The notes: generated by a model from the sequence alone, not told the origin. A stretch of 64,000 nt of DNA from Tubulanus polymorphus (GCF_964204645.1 NW_027437437.1:1-64000); one strand, 5' to 3'; numbered from the stretch's first letter, positions 23,280 through 36,733 are shown. Numbers and translations: made by a program.

Positions 23280-24983
23280 ACAAAAAATTAATTATCATAT
23301 TCACTAACCCAAAAATAATTGCACTTACAACTGTAATCAAAAATAAAATAATATGTTCAGCAGCAGAATAAGTTAAGAATATTCCCAGGAGATTTCAATA
23401 TAAAACCAACAATTGATGCTATAACTCCGGGTAAAGCTGCAGCAGATTTTTTAAATAGTTCCCATAAAAAATTTGCTAATTTTTTTAAACCATCCTTAAC
23501 TTTATCTTGTATAGAATTATTATCATCTGGTGGTTTATCCGGTTTATTGGGAGTAGGTGTAGATTTTAATGAATTTGATATGGCTAAACCTATTGTCGTG
23601 AATACCATAGTTACAGCTGTTAGAATTGAAAGAATTGTTATACCTTCTAATTTAAATAACAATTTTATTCTGTCTGTCGATGATATTTTAGAATTTGGTT
23701 TTATCAACAAATCTTTAAAAATAACTTTTGATTTCTTAATATGATTTAGGTCAAATGATTTTAATAATATACCTCTTTCTTTTTCCTGAAATTCTTTGTT
23801 ATATTTTAAAGAATCTATTTCTTTTTCTAAAGCTAACTTTCTGCATTCATAATCAACTTCATCAATTACTTGAAGATCTCTATTTAATTCTAATTGTTTT
23901 AATTCTTCATTTGCATTAGTTAATTCTTTTTCTAACATGGTTATTTTAGAAAATCTCATCTTAATGTTAGCAATTTCACCAGCTGATTTTTGCATACCTT
24001 TAATTTCTCTACGTGCTTGTTCATGAAATGCTTCTAATTCATCATCAGTTAAATTAAGTAATCCTTTTTCTAGTAAAGATTGTATTCGATTTATTCTAGT
24101 TTCAGTACCGGGTGAATCTAAAACACTATTCATCTCTTCTTCAAATGAATGAACTGTATCGAACATGCTATCAAAATGTTTTACTAATTGTAATTGACTT
24201 GAATCATTATCAATTTGTTGAATATCTCTTCTCGATGTTTCTGGTGTTGAAGATCTTAATTTATCTAATCGATCTGCAAAATCTTCATCATTTTCTGGGT
24301 CAACAAAAGTAGGTTTTTGATTTGGATTTTTAAGTGGTGAATATTCATTAATATCAATATTCTCAATTGGTTCTTCTTCATTTATTCTATCGATGGCATT
24401 CCATATAATTCTGAGAAATTCTGAACCACCTTTTGAACGTTCAATTGTAGATCCTGCATGCATTTCAGGATGGTACAGATCTTCTCCCATTTTAGATAAT
24501 TTTAATTTAACATTATCACCATTTAAGTCAAGATTATAAAACCATGAATCATTTTTAAATTCTAAATTATTCATGAAATGTGGATCTTTTTCTCTAATGT
24601 GAGTTATCTGTTATATTTTTTGTTAATAATTCTTCAATAACTGTATTTGTTACACTATGTTTTATGTATAATAATTCTTTTTTCAATACAGGGTTTTCTG
24701 TTCTTTCTGATCTATTAATTAAATCTTTTCTTTCTGGTCTAGTTTTGATTATTATCTCATCGCGGTTTCTTTAATAATCTATTAATTTTTCACTTGTTTC
24801 AGTATCATCTTTAAATTTATCATAATCATATAATATAGGCCCACTAGAATCATCTTCACCTAAATTAGTATTATATGCTGCTCCACCATCATTATCAATA
24901 TTAGTTTCATTAAAATCAGGTTGTGGTTCCTCACTTATACCAGGGGCGTCACCAAAAGTATCCATTGGAATATCTTCTTCCAT
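23280..24983 (-). pseudogene. Coiled-coil membrane protein of copy C
   Basis: Homologue of 7958-9677, with frameshifts. Confidence 0.75.
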
Positions 24984-25004
24984 TTATATAATAAAAAATT
25001 AAAA

Positions 25005-26364
25005 TTAAAAATATAAAATTCCTCCTATTACAAATCCTATACAAGTAATAGCTAATTTAGCATTTTCATGGGATTTATTATCATTATTAGTTTTAGTTAT
25101 ATCATGTTGAATATTATCAGTTTTTATATCACCGTGTGGGTGCCGTACTGCACCATTTTCTGTAGTATTGTAATCTTTTATTTTAGAATCATTATCCAAT
25201 TTAATATTCTTAGTTTTAGTTTCTGTTGATTGAATATGTTTTTTAATTTTTTCACCTTCCATTAATTTTGGAGCAGTAATAATCTTTTTATTTATATCAT
25301 TCAATCCAAACTAACTATTTATTGTTGCAGTTTTAATTAGATTATTATAACCAATTATATTTCCCACCTTTAATACTAAATCATTAGAAATAATTAATAG
25401 ATTAGGACCTATACAATAATTTAATCTAATATGTGATTTATCTAAATAATTTTGATATCTTACTATATTTTCTGGAATCGATCTATTTTTATCATTATGA
25501 ATTGAATCTTCAAATAATACTTTGAATTGTTTCTGTGCGTCAAATGAAGTGTTATACTTTTCCAACTATTGGTGATCTTGTTTCAACCTGTACACCTAGA
25601 ATACATATCAAATAAGTTCTAATAGATTGATTTATTCTTTGTATTCCAGCTTTAGTAAATCCTTCACTATTTTCTAAAACGAAATTAATCCATCCATTTT
25701 TATTTTGTTGTTGTATATTATTATAATATTTTGGTAATTCATTCCAATTTAGTGTTATTATATCTGTATTTGTTATTATTTTACCAAATTCTTTAGTATA
25801 TAATATTCCTAATCCACCCATTGTACCAATTTTTGCTCTAAAATCATTATTTGAATTAATATTAAATTCATTATATATTTTATAAAACTTAGAAAACTTA
25901 ATATTATTATTTAGTTCATTAAAATATTTTGAACCTGGTAAAGGACATTCTAATTCACTCAATATCAATTTTATTTGAAAATATCTATGAAATCTAAAAA
26001 GTGATAATAGCAATGGTAAACTTGGTTTGTTTAAATGATCATTCCAACTTATACCACACCCTGTTGTTGCGCAATAAACAGCAAAATTTAATTGGTTCTG
26101 CCAATACTTCATATTAGATTTTAATAACCATTGTTTTGCCTCATTTAAATTTTCAAAATTAATTACGTAAATATTGAATATATTTTCCATCTTTGCATTA
26201 AAACTATTAGTTTCAGTAACATAAATATCTAAATTAATTAATGAATTTAAAACTAAATTTTTATATGGAATATCTTTATTAAAATGGAATATCTTTATTA
26301 AAATCTATTGCAGGAATATTATATTTAATTGTTTTATTATATTGGAAAGCTTTTGGAAACCCCA
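25005..26364 (-). pseudogene. WQNQLN-motif membrane-anchored protein of copy C
   Basis: Three ORF pieces homologous to 6557-7941; carries the 27-bp insert. Confidence 0.75.
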
Positions 26365-26381
26365 TTTACTTAATTCAAAAA

Positions 26382-26816
26382 TTAATAATTAACTAATTCT
26401 TTTAATAATTTATCTTGTTCTTCAACTGTTATATTACCATTTAAACTTATTATATAATCTAGTGTATTTTTAAATTTATTAATTTCTTTTATATTAGTTT
26501 TAATTTTTTCTTTATTACTTTTTATATTTAATTTTGAACTTATACCAGTTAAAACACTTGAACTTAATCCTAGCATCCCTAATTGATAGAGCTAAAGGTG
26601 TTAATGGTGAGAATATTGCTAGAAATGTTATTACAGAACTAATTGTAACTGAACCACTGATAATAAAATAATAAATAATTTTACTTTTTAAATATTTTTT
26701 TTTTCAAATCTTTAAGTCACTTTCAAATTCTAATATTTCTTTTTCTAAATATGTTTTTAATTTAGTTTTATTTATATCATGAGGAATAATATCAATATTA
26801 CCAACTTTATCATCCA
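26382..26816 (-). pseudogene. Two-TM protein of copy C
   Basis: Homologue of 6110-6540. Confidence 0.65.
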
Positions 26817-26836
26817 TTTATTTAGAAAAGAAATTA

Positions 26837-27259
26837 CTAATTAGTAAATTTATATGCTACAAATATAACAATAACAGTTCCACCTAAAATCCATATTATT
26901 TCATATTTCTGTTGTTCCTTACTTGGGGTATAATAATCTGATAATTTAGGTTTATGTAGATGTAATTTTTCTTTATTGGTTACCGCGTTATATAAACTCA
27001 TTGCATCATCGACTGATTGAAAATCTCTATGTGAAATCTTCTGATCATATAATTCTTTATTGATGTAATCCATATAGTTTTGTCTTTTTTCTCTATATTC
27101 TTCTGCTGCTTTATTATTTTTTTCTAATGCTAAGTTATGTCTTTTCTGTTCTGATAATGAACCATTTTTATCAATATGCTTAAATAAATAACCACCACCT
27201 GTAAATGCTAAAGCGTTAACAATTGCCGATTCTTTAATAGTTATAATTGTAGATGCCAT
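26837..27259 (-). CDS. Conserved 140-aa membrane protein of copy C
   Basis: Intact homologue of 5667-6089. Confidence 0.8.
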   Translation of the reverse strand: MASTIITIKESAIVNALAFTGGGYLFKHIDKNGSLSEQKRHNLALEKNNKAAEEYREKRQNYMDYINKELYDQKISHRDFQSVDDAMSLYNAVTNKEKLHLHKPKLSDYYTPSKEQQKYEIIWILGGTVIVIFVAYKFTN

Positions 27260-27282
27260 TTATTCAGCAAAAAATTATGCAT

Positions 27283-27501
27283 TTATATAGGAGGAATATA
27301 TTTTTGTTTTTCCAAATAATCAATAGTTAAATTAGATAAAGTAACTGCTAATGTTAATTTTAAAATATCATTTATATCAAATCTATCAACATTAACACTT
27401 CCCATTTTACATACTTTAAATACCATTGAATAACCAACAGTTCCAACTGATAGTAAGGCACCATTATATAATCCAGTTATTATCCACTTATTATCACTCA
27501 T
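27283..27501 (-). CDS. Small hydrophobic protein of copy C (72 aa)
   Basis: Open ORF with TAAATG start. Confidence 0.7.
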   Translation of the reverse strand: MSDNKWIITGLYNGALLSVGTVGYSMVFKVCKMGSVNVDRFDINDILKLTLAVTLSNLTIDYLEKQKYIPPI

Positions 27502-27535
27502 TTATTTATTTAAAAAAATTACTATCTTCAAAATA

Positions 27536-27835
27536 TTAAGTTATCTTATTTATAATTATTTCAACATTTATTTCATTACTACTTTTATGATTATCATATA
27601 TTTTAGATACTATATCTTTGATATAATCGATAATTCCATCTTGATTTAATTCATAATATTCTAAGGGCGTTTTGATTAAATCAATTACTTTTTCTATATT
27701 ATACTTTTCTTTATTAATTATTGATGCATTGTTAAAAGAATTACTTTTAATATCAGTAATTACATCATTTCTCATTTCTTTACCATGTTTAAAATCAAAC
27801 CCAAAACATATACTCGGCCCAACAGTTATATTCAT
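27536..27835 (-). CDS. Hypothetical protein of copy C (slightly truncated homologue of 5077-5418)
   Basis: MNITVGPSICFGFDFKHGKEMR. Confidence 0.65.
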   Translation of the reverse strand: MNITVGPSICFGFDFKHGKEMRNDVITDIKSNSFNNASIINKEKYNIEKVIDLIKTPLEYYELNQDGIIDYIKDIVSKIYDNHKSSNEINVEIIINKIT

Positions 27836-27854
27836 TTATATAGTGAAGAAAATT

Positions 27855-28609
27855 ACTCTCATCATCTTATAACTAATTCATATATCACAGGAAAGTTATT
27901 CAAATCAATTAAATATCCATTATGATTTCTAATTTCTAATCTAAAATTATTAAATTGAGGAATGCATGGTTTGAAATCACATTCTGTTAAATTATAATTT
28001 ATTTGCGTTCCAAATTCTTTAACATTCTTCAATGGTAAAATATTTAATATACTAGAATTACAAGTTATATCTTTAGTTGCTTCGAATGTTTTTGTAGGAT
28101 CGATTAAATTGCAATTAATATAAAAGTGTGTAAAAGGTATTAAGTTAGGTGTAGCATCAATATTTGTAAAAGATTTATCTGGAGGAATTCCTTACAGTTT
28201 AGCTATAGGTTTTTTTACCATAGATTTATGTTTTTCAATATCAGCCAACCTTACATTATTTTGTCAGAACTCTCACTTTTTAAAAATCTAATATTAAACC
28301 CGGAATTATTACCTGACTTGTGCCAGGCTTTTCTATTATTTCTTGTGCCAATGTATCTAAATTATATAACCCTGGTTTTAAATATATATAGGCCCATTCA
28401 TTTTTATTTTTATTAAAAATTAAAACGGCTCTATGTTCAACAGTTTTATTCGATATATTGTAAAATGAGTTACATAAACTTATATTTACTAATTTTAAAT
28501 CAACACAATTCTTAAATTCTCTGTCTAATTGTACTAGTAAATTATGTGATTTATAATTTGTAAGACTTCTTGAATCAACAAATATTCTATATTCTCTTAA
28601 TTCCACCAT
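27855..28609 (-). pseudogene. Putative penton of copy C (no LTR, but frameshifted)
   Basis: Homologue of 3795-5059. Confidence 0.7.
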
Positions 28610-28624
28610 TTATTTTACATATTT

Positions 28625-28977
28625 TATTCGAAATCTATTTCATGGTGCCCTTTTTCATTCTTACCTGTGTATATGAAATAGAAATCACCTGAACATAATT
28701 CTTCTAAATCTTCACTTGACAATCTATGAAATCTATCCGGTAAATATGTTCTGAATTTATATTATATTCATTTTAATCCTTCATAGTCTAAGTGGATGAC
28801 TTATTTACTACCATATCTATTAGTAACTGTATCAATATTTGTAATTAGATATTTATTATGAATTGTTAATTCTGTTAACTTTTTTAATTTATAATCTACA
28901 GATTTTACATTTGTGATATCTTTAATTCTATCTAGAAATGATTTGTTGTTCTCACTGTATACTTGTTTACTCTCCAT
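28625..28977 (-). pseudogene. Small conserved protein of copy C
   Basis: MESKQVYSENNKSFLDRIK..., with stops. Confidence 0.6.
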
Positions 28978-29036
28978 TTTAATAACATATTTTTTATTAA
29001 AATTGATTTTAGAAGTTATAAGATTAATATTTTAAG

Positions 29037-29166
29037 AGTAATAGGGAATATGTTTTTCTAAATTAAAGGTTGAGCGGTTGAGTGAGTAAAAAATGAAAAA
29101 TAAATTCGAGTGTGCGAGAATTAATTTTTCATTTTTTACTCACTCGACAACATATTCCCTATTACT
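29037..29166. repeat. Terminal palindrome of copy C (130 bp)
   Basis: agtaatagggaatatgtt...aacatattccctattact, with tip aattcgagtgtgcgagaatt like the right tip of copy B. Confidence 0.85.
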
Positions 29167-29415
29167 GTTTATAATACAAAAAGAAATAAAACATCAAAAA
29201 GTAATAAAATGTTTAAAAATGATTCAAACTTTACAACAGAAAAGGATATTAAAGCATCATCTTATATTAGATTACCATTTACAACAAAAGCAGTAATAAA
29301 TTGTGAAAATGAAGATAATAAATGTTTTCTATGGTCAACAGAAGATATTACGCATAGTTTTAGAATAATATATTACCGGAAATATGAAACATTATATAAA
29401 ATTGATCAATATCCT
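29167..29415 (+). pseudogene. pPolB fragment of an older, more diverged Polinton (target of copy C and of the BEL element)
   Basis: VYNTK...DIKASSYIRLPFTTKAVINCENEDNKCFLW...YKIDQYP. Confidence 0.8.
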
Positions 29416-29584
29416 TGTCAAGACGCTGTAAAAAGGGGGCAAAATCCTCCCCTCGAAAAACTAACAGGTTTTCTCTTTAAAGGACTGACTATATAAATGT
29501 CCCGTGGTCACCTGTTAGAATGTCCAACCAACGCAGTAACGCATGACTGCCCATATATAAATAAATAAACATAAATATCCGACA
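29416..29584 (-). mobile_element. 3' LTR of a BEL/Pao retrotransposon (169 bp)
   Basis: TG...CA ends; purine-rich PPT-like ggccccggagaa immediately upstream on the minus strand. Confidence 0.8.
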
Positions 29585-29639
29585 TTCTCCGGGGCCACAA
29601 AGAGTTACAAATAAATTTCGGAAATTCGGAATAAATCGA

Positions 29640-31645
29640 TTAATCGTCTTCTTCTGATTCTTCATCATGGGCGATTCTTCTGATCTTGTCTCGTGCCTTC
29701 GTTGCGGCACCTCGTGGTAACCGAGATAGCAACACTTCCGCATCAGAATCGTCTACTTCAGCATCTCGTCCAGACTGTGGACGGGACACGTCACCCTTTG
29801 TAGCTTCTCGGACCTCCAAAGGATAAAGTTTCGATATGGAGCGATTGGTTGAACCATTCTTAGTACGTAGTGACACGAAACGTACTAAACTGTCTCTACC
29901 ATAATGCAGATCTGTAACGACACCCATCTGCCACTTTGACCTTGGCTCTTCATCCTCGATCAGCACAACATCTCCGCGACTTATGAATAGTTCATTCTTG
30001 CCGGCTTTCTGTTGATAGTATTCACGCAAAGACGCCAAGTACTCTCGCGCCCATCTATTCCAAAAGTGCTGCATAATTACAGACAGATGTTTCGATCTCG
30101 ATTCTGCGACGCAAGGCTTCAGCTCAAAGTCTGGGTCCTCTAATTCCCCCGGGGCCACATACGAATGCGGCAATGAGGTGACACGCCTACCAACCATAAG
30201 CTGAGACGGAGTTAGAGGATTCTCATCCGACGGGTCTGACGACAAATAGGTTAACGGACGATCGTTCACGACGCTTTCTACTTCGGTTATGACGGTTCGA
30301 AACTCATCGATAGTTAAAAGCGCTCGACCAACGATTTTCTTCAAAACACTCTTCACGACTCCTACTAAGCCCTCCCAATAGCCTCCGACCCAGGGGGCAC
30401 GTTTCGGTATAAAATTCCACGATACGCCGTTTTGACTAATAAACTCCTTAGCCTTAATGATTTAGAAGCATCGTCCGACAATATTTTCTTCGGTAGTGAT
30501 CTTCTCGCAACAAATCTTCTAAACGCGCGAATAAACGATGCGGTTGTTAGGTCTTCTGTCACCTCGAGATGTACACCACGACTAACCGAACACGTAAAAA
30601 GACAAATATATGCCTTTCCGATAGTAGACGGAGTTCTGACGTTAAACGGTCCAGCATAATCCAGTCCGGTATAAAAGAACGCTGGAACTCGAGCAACTCT
30701 ATTTACTGGTAGCGGTGGAGGATCCGGAAAACGGAACGGACGGCTGTTGAATCTACGACAAATGACACATTGACGGAGGCGACTTTTAACCAGTTGACGG
30801 ATGCACGGTATCCAGTACATCTGACGTATGTACGATACAGTAGAATTTACTCCCAGGTGGAATACCTTCTCATGCGCATCTTTGATAACGAGATTACTAA
30901 ATGCATGTAACTTCGGCAGCAGACACGGATATTTCGTAGAAGAAGCAATATCAGCGTTATCGATTCTACCGCGAGAGCGTATAAGCCCTTCTACGTCCAT
31001 ATAAAGCTGCAATTGACGGATTATCGGAGTTTTGACTTTCACCTGACCTCCTGACTATACGGAATGAACATCTGGAAACTCAGAACGTTGCAAGTCTCTG
31101 ATTCACGACAATCGCGCCGCTTCTATCTCGGTTTGATCCAAAGGTTCACGGTTTTTCAATTTACCTCGCGTATTGTCAATAATTCGACGCACCCAGGCGG
31201 TGACGCGCAACAACTTGCGGAGACTCGACATCCTAGTCGCATCCACTATTTCAGTAACACCAACTTTTTCACGTGGAACGGCTCCCTTAACTGAGTTCAC
31301 ATCAGTACCCACTTCCATAGCAGAAATAAATGCTGAATATGGCGACCATGTCGGATGACTCCCAGAAACCAACCATTTTGGTCCATGCCACCATAACGAA
31401 TTACTATGTAGGTCATCGGTCGACTCACACGATAATAAATCAGCTGGGTTTTCCTGCGTTGGACAGAAACCCCATTCAGCATCAGGGATCAAACTCCTGA
31501 TCTCCTTACCCTTTTAGCTTCAAACGACTTCAATGGTTTCTCAGTAGAAATCCTGTACAGTACAGATTGGCTGTCCGACCACATGTACAATTTCAACGGT
31601 TGACCGATTTCCCGAATAATACTACTAGCCAGACGTGACCCTATA
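29640..31645 (-). pseudogene. BEL/Pao pol: end of RNase H, H2C2 zinc finger, integrase and C-terminal domain
   Basis: WSDSQ, ENPADL, LWWHGPKWL, AHEKVFHLGV..YWIP..CVIC, GLDYAGP, VNDRPLT, FWNRWAREYL; frameshifted. Confidence 0.92.
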
Positions 31646-32135
31646 CACCCTTCTCGTAACGTGGCGCTTTGTTGCGGCGGCAACGAGAACTAACTAATAG
31701 TGACGTCATTCGGTGAACGATTTTACTTCCGCGAGCGCGGTACTCTACCCTGTGATCTCGTGATATTAATCGCTGCTAGTGCTAGAATTATGGTAAGTAT
31801 GGGTAAGCAGTATCACCCATATCAATTATTGTTATCACCAGTAATGTAATGTGCGATTAATGCCAGTGTATGACCTCTTTATCGGCGAGAAATCGACCGA
31901 GATTCAACTTGAACTACTTAACAAAATTCCGGCGAGGTTTGTAGGTCACCTCCTCCGCACTGCCACAGATAAGACATTTGAGTCATTTCCTTGAATCTTT
32001 TTTTTGAACTGTTAGATTAAACGATCTCTCAGCTAATAAATCACTTATGTACCAGTACTCAATAATAACAGCTTCGGAAGTCAAAATATTGTTGTTAGGC
32101 TAGCCTCTAGTGAATCAGTATATAAAAACCTTCTT

Positions 32136-32301
32136 GGGTATCATTCATTTATTACGTACGCATAAGATTTGAATATTTCACCCCCCCCCCCCCCCTGTAC
32201 GCAAAATCGGCCGTTTTTTCATATACATTAAGCATTACAGTATGCAATTGCACTTACCCCTCCCCCCTCCCCTAGTGCGTATGTAATAAATGAATGACCC
32301 C
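32136..32301. mobile_element. MITE (about 165 bp)
   Basis: TIRs gggtatcattcatttattacgtacgca / tgcgtatgtaataaatgaatgacccc. Confidence 0.7.
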
Positions 32302-32677
32302 TTGTTACTTAACTGTCTTAAGACACAGCAGGCTAGATAATACTAACAACTAATACAATTTTATTCTTTTGATTTTTTAGGATGATCACTACTATTCATT
32401 TAGTTTATCGAAGGATTATGAAACCGAGAGCCGTGACGAAGATTCAAGGAGAAAGAAAGGTTCTACGGTTAGTAAAATTAATTTGTACATGCCTAATATT
32501 CAAGAGCAAATATTTTTGATTTCTTGATAAAATTCTAATAATCGTACGTTCATAGATTTATCATAAGACTGATAATTAAACAAAATTTGAGCTTTATCCC
32601 CTATCTGTTATGATTAATTTACAATGCCTTATTGAACAATTTGCAACAATAATTTATATCGATTTAATTTTTTTTAG

Positions 32678-33958
32678 AGTCGGAGAAGCTGCTGCGTCCC
32701 TTATTGCACCAAATCCGGATATTATCATGTTGAAGGCCACGGTGTAGTTTCATATTTTAGTTTCCCATCAGAACTTGGGCTGAGAAAACAGTGGTTGGCC
32801 CGCATTAAACGTGATGAAGGAGACCTGTTTGAAATAACGAAAAACACATTTGTGTGCTCGCAGCATTTCAAAAAGGACGATTATCGTGATGTATCCAGTT
32901 ATTCAGGACGTAGATATCTTAAGTCAACCGCCATTCCGTCTGTGTTTTCTTGTTGGGAAGGAGAAGTCACGAACTGGAACCTAAAAAAACTGAGGAAACC
33001 AAATAAACTTGTTAACTTATGTGATTCGCGCGTTCAAACTACATGTACATCAGTAGTTCCAACGGAGGATACTTCAGAATTTGCCCCCACGTGTGAGCCA
33101 ATTTCTTTGTTCGAAGACGATGGACCGGATTTGCTTGAAACAACTGTTACTGATAATGGCATGGACTTGATGTCATGTAGTACTACAATAACTCATAATG
33201 ATTACACAGAACTTTTAAACAGGATATCTAACCTTGAACTAGAAAATGAAAAGCTCCAGTCTCAGGTGGAAAGTTTGCAATCAGAAAACAGATTTACCAT
33301 TGATAGACTTAGTGTTGATAATATAACATTCTATACAGGTTTTCCAAATATAGAGACTTTTAATTCAGTGCTAAAATTTTTAAACCCGGGAGAACTTGGT
33401 GAAAATTTAATAGTGGCTAAATCAGAACCCTCTGCATCAGTTATAAAAAAGGGTCGGCCATTTGCTTTGTCTCCTAGGGACCAGTTTTTTTCTGTTTTTG
33501 ACTAGGATACGACTTGGTCTATTAGAGCAAGACCTAGCTAACCGATTTGATATCTCAGTTGCTACAGTTAGCCGTTTGATTATAACCTGGGCTAATTTTG
33601 TTTATCTTAGACTTGGCGCTCTGCCAATTTGGTCTTCAATTTGCCCTTTGATCAGGGTGATGACATTATGGCAGATAAAGGGTTTGATATTCAAGATTTG
33701 TTGGATCCTATGGGTGTTCATCTTAATATTCCGCCATTTCTTCAGATGCAAGACCAAATGTCTGCTGATGATGTTGCCAAAACACAGTCAGTGGCAGCTG
33801 AACGGATTCATGTCGAAAGATTGATTAATAAGGTCAAAACCTTTCATATTTTTGATCAAGTGATCCCATTGAGTTTAAGTGGATCAATAAATCAAATATG
33901 GACAGTATGTGCTCTTTTAACACTGTTCCAAAACCCAATTATATCTGTATCTGATTAA
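32678..33958 (+). pseudogene. THAP + HTH + DDE_Tnp_4 (Harbinger/ISL2EU-type) transposase, frameshifted and internally deleted
   Basis: THAP CCVPYC...FP...W...CSQHF...AIPS; LLEQDLANRFDISVATVSR; MADKGF and RIHVER; the first catalytic Asp region is missing. Confidence 0.88.
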
Positions 33959-34186
33959 TGATTATGTATATATGTCAAGATGTGTGAAATATTTTGAAAA
34001 AATGTATTTCTGCTTAATTAAAAACTTGAAAAATAATGTGAAAATCCTCGTATTATGCTGTGAAAAATGTATTTGATAACAAACTGCAAGTCCATTGATA
34101 TATTGGAACTCTCATTTTATTGCTTACAAAATCAATTTATCAGTTAAAATATACTGTACGTGTGCACATTCTTATGGTTGTTAAAC

Positions 34187-36350
34187 TTAATTTTCATTCA
34201 TGGCAGGAAGGAAATATCTAATGAAGAAATTTGCTAATTTTGCAACCGCCTCATTCCAAAATTCAAGATCGAATGGAACACGGATTATCAACATGCCTTT
34301 ACTTGTATAAACCAGAAAGTCACACCAAGTTAACCCAGTCAAGGCCATCTGGCCTTGAATCTGGGCATAGTAATCACGGTCTTTTCGAAGAAAATATTTG
34401 TTCCCTATTTCTTCGCAGCAAAACGTTGGATTGGAACAAGCTCCCTGTGGTTTTATGTCCCGAAAAGAATAGGGACATTTGACTTCGAGAAGTCCTAAGC
34501 CTACTTTACTATCGATACATTTGCGATCAGGGGAGGCACCCAGCCAGGGGACATATGGATGTACCACCAGTCCTGATTCGAAACAAGTGACAGGATTACC
34601 TATGTTTTGCATATATTGAACATATCTATCTACAGCCTTCGATTCGTATTCCCTGCCGTACTTTATGGCTTGAACATGAGATCTTTTTTCACTGATCTTT
34701 TTTCACCATAAGGGACTTGGCAAAATCTACGGAATATGATTTTCTTCTAAGAATTCTACCGAAATTACTGCTAGTAATCAATCCTTTTCTTGCATCTGAC
34801 CAAAGGGGGTTTGAATTTTGTCCGACTGTAGATTTTTCTAAGCTAATGCACTGATCCAAGGTCAGTTGGAAATTGGTAATTTTCGGTTCTAATTCGTGTA
34901 TCAAAATATCTGGCAACACAAAATTACATCTAAGTTTTCCATCTGGGTTTGATAACGGTAAATCTGGAAATGTTTGCTTGGTATATGGGTAATATTTGTC
35001 TGCTTCCAATTCCAGACTGCAGTATACAGTCATGTCACCTTCAGTAATTGCTAATTGGTGTGCTAATGTAGACCCAACTGGAGTTTCAAAGCCCATTCTT
35101 GTTCGAACCTTTCCAACCGATTTGAGATTGAGGTTTTTACAAATACCTGTATGAGGATTTAGTTTTTTCATTTCCTCTAAAAGTAGTTGAGCACCATCAT
35201 TGCTCCTAATTGCTAGGCCTCTAGCATCATAAAGTGTACTGCTCACTCCTTTTTTTTGTTTTTCATACTCAGGTTTTAGCACACAATACCCCATGATAGG
35301 CTCAGCATTGACACCAGCTGTTCTTGGTCTATGCCACTGCTGGGGTTCGTCAGTACAAGTTCCAGGTTTTGGGAACTCCTTCAGTTCCATAAACTTGCAA
35401 TGGTTTAGATAGAAAAGTAAACCAACAATATGGTTACAATGACCATTAAGCCCAGCTACACAAGAACATGTTGCATTTGCTACAAACCCGGTATCGTTTA
35501 ATGTACACTGTAATCTGTAGGGCTCTTCATTTTTCTTTTGAGATCTAAAACTCTGACATTTAATCAAGCACAAATTCTTTTCATTATCCCGAGCAGAAAA
35601 TACATTATGAATATAGTTCTCGTAGAAAAACTTATATCCTTTGTGTAAGGTCTTTTCAATATATGTACTTCCTGTAATCCTCCTTCCTGATGTCTCTACG
35701 TGTTGTCTGATCGTAACATATGATATGTTTGGAATATTTACAACAGAGTTTCCCCATTCTCTGATGGAACTAAATGTATTGATATTACTGCTAGTATTAG
35801 TAAAGTTTCTTGGATTAGTGCTACTACTGCAGGAGGTGCACTTCGATTTCTTCAAATTGGAGTAGCACTTATGAGGGTCAGGGTCTACAATCTTATGCGA
35901 GATCTTCGTATTTTCTTCGACCCTAGAAATGAAAATGTGCAATGTGCATTTCTAAAATGTGCAGTTTCTAAGGTGTGCAATGTGTACTGTTTAAAATGGG
36001 CAATGTGTATCTAAAATGACCCGTGAAAGTGCATGAAAATCTAAATTCAAACCTAAAAAATGAAACATTTGCAGTCATCCTGTAGTTCTGCCGAAAGAAA
36101 AGGAGGACTGGAAATCCTGGTAACTCCGTAGAGTTCGACAGTAAAATACGACTTTAAATAAATCAATATAGTTTATTAAAAATTAAACTTAACATAAACA
36201 ACATAAAATTGAATTCAGTACCTATTCACCAAGACAGCTTTTGTGTCAGCAGCTCTGTACTTCAGATTACGACATTTCAACCAGAATTGAAGTTCACCCT
36301 TCTTGCAGTCCTTAGCTGGTTTCTGTAGGAGCGCTCCTGGTATATCACTG
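34187..36350 (-). pseudogene. SAP + SWIM + YqaJ/lambda-exonuclease protein, spliced, frameshift near 34689
   Basis: SWIM CSCVAGLNGHCNH; ITSSNFG; LGASPD, LLEVKCP, YYAQIQGQM, WCDF; SAP-like exon ELQFWLKCRNLK..TKAVLVNR near 36222-36350. Confidence 0.85.
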
Positions 36351-36733
36351 GCCGTTAACTAAAATCGAAAAATTCTGTTCAGTCACTTGAATTAACTACA
36401 AGGCGAGGGGTACATTTTTGGCCATTAAAACTACATGCATAGTAGGACCGGTACACTAGTAGTATACATCATTACTATCTCTGGACAATCACAAAGAAAT
36501 TTAGGCTGCGGTGAAAATTTATCACAATTTACCAATTATTATTTTATGTAAAAATACAGATACATCCAAAATACAGTCGAATGAATGTTGGTAGTTGAAT
36601 TAGCCAGGAAAATAAAGAATAAGCTATCTTTTAATTTTTGGTCTTAAAGGCCTACCTCATTGCACGTGCAGAAATTGTCGTAACCTAGATCGTAGACGTC
36701 AGCTGTAGGCCTATCATTACCAACAAGTGTGCT

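Larger units (their letters stand above)
22011..29166 (-). mobile_element. Polinton copy C structural module plus terminal hairpin
   Basis: Same gene order as 3424-10965 on the minus strand, visibly diverged; ends in ...ccctattact at 29166. Confidence 0.9.

Noticed and set aside
36728-36733. 6-bp TSD TGTGCT
   Set aside because: It would consume the terminal T of the right TIR (ACT); the 5-bp GTGCT keeps the ends symmetric.
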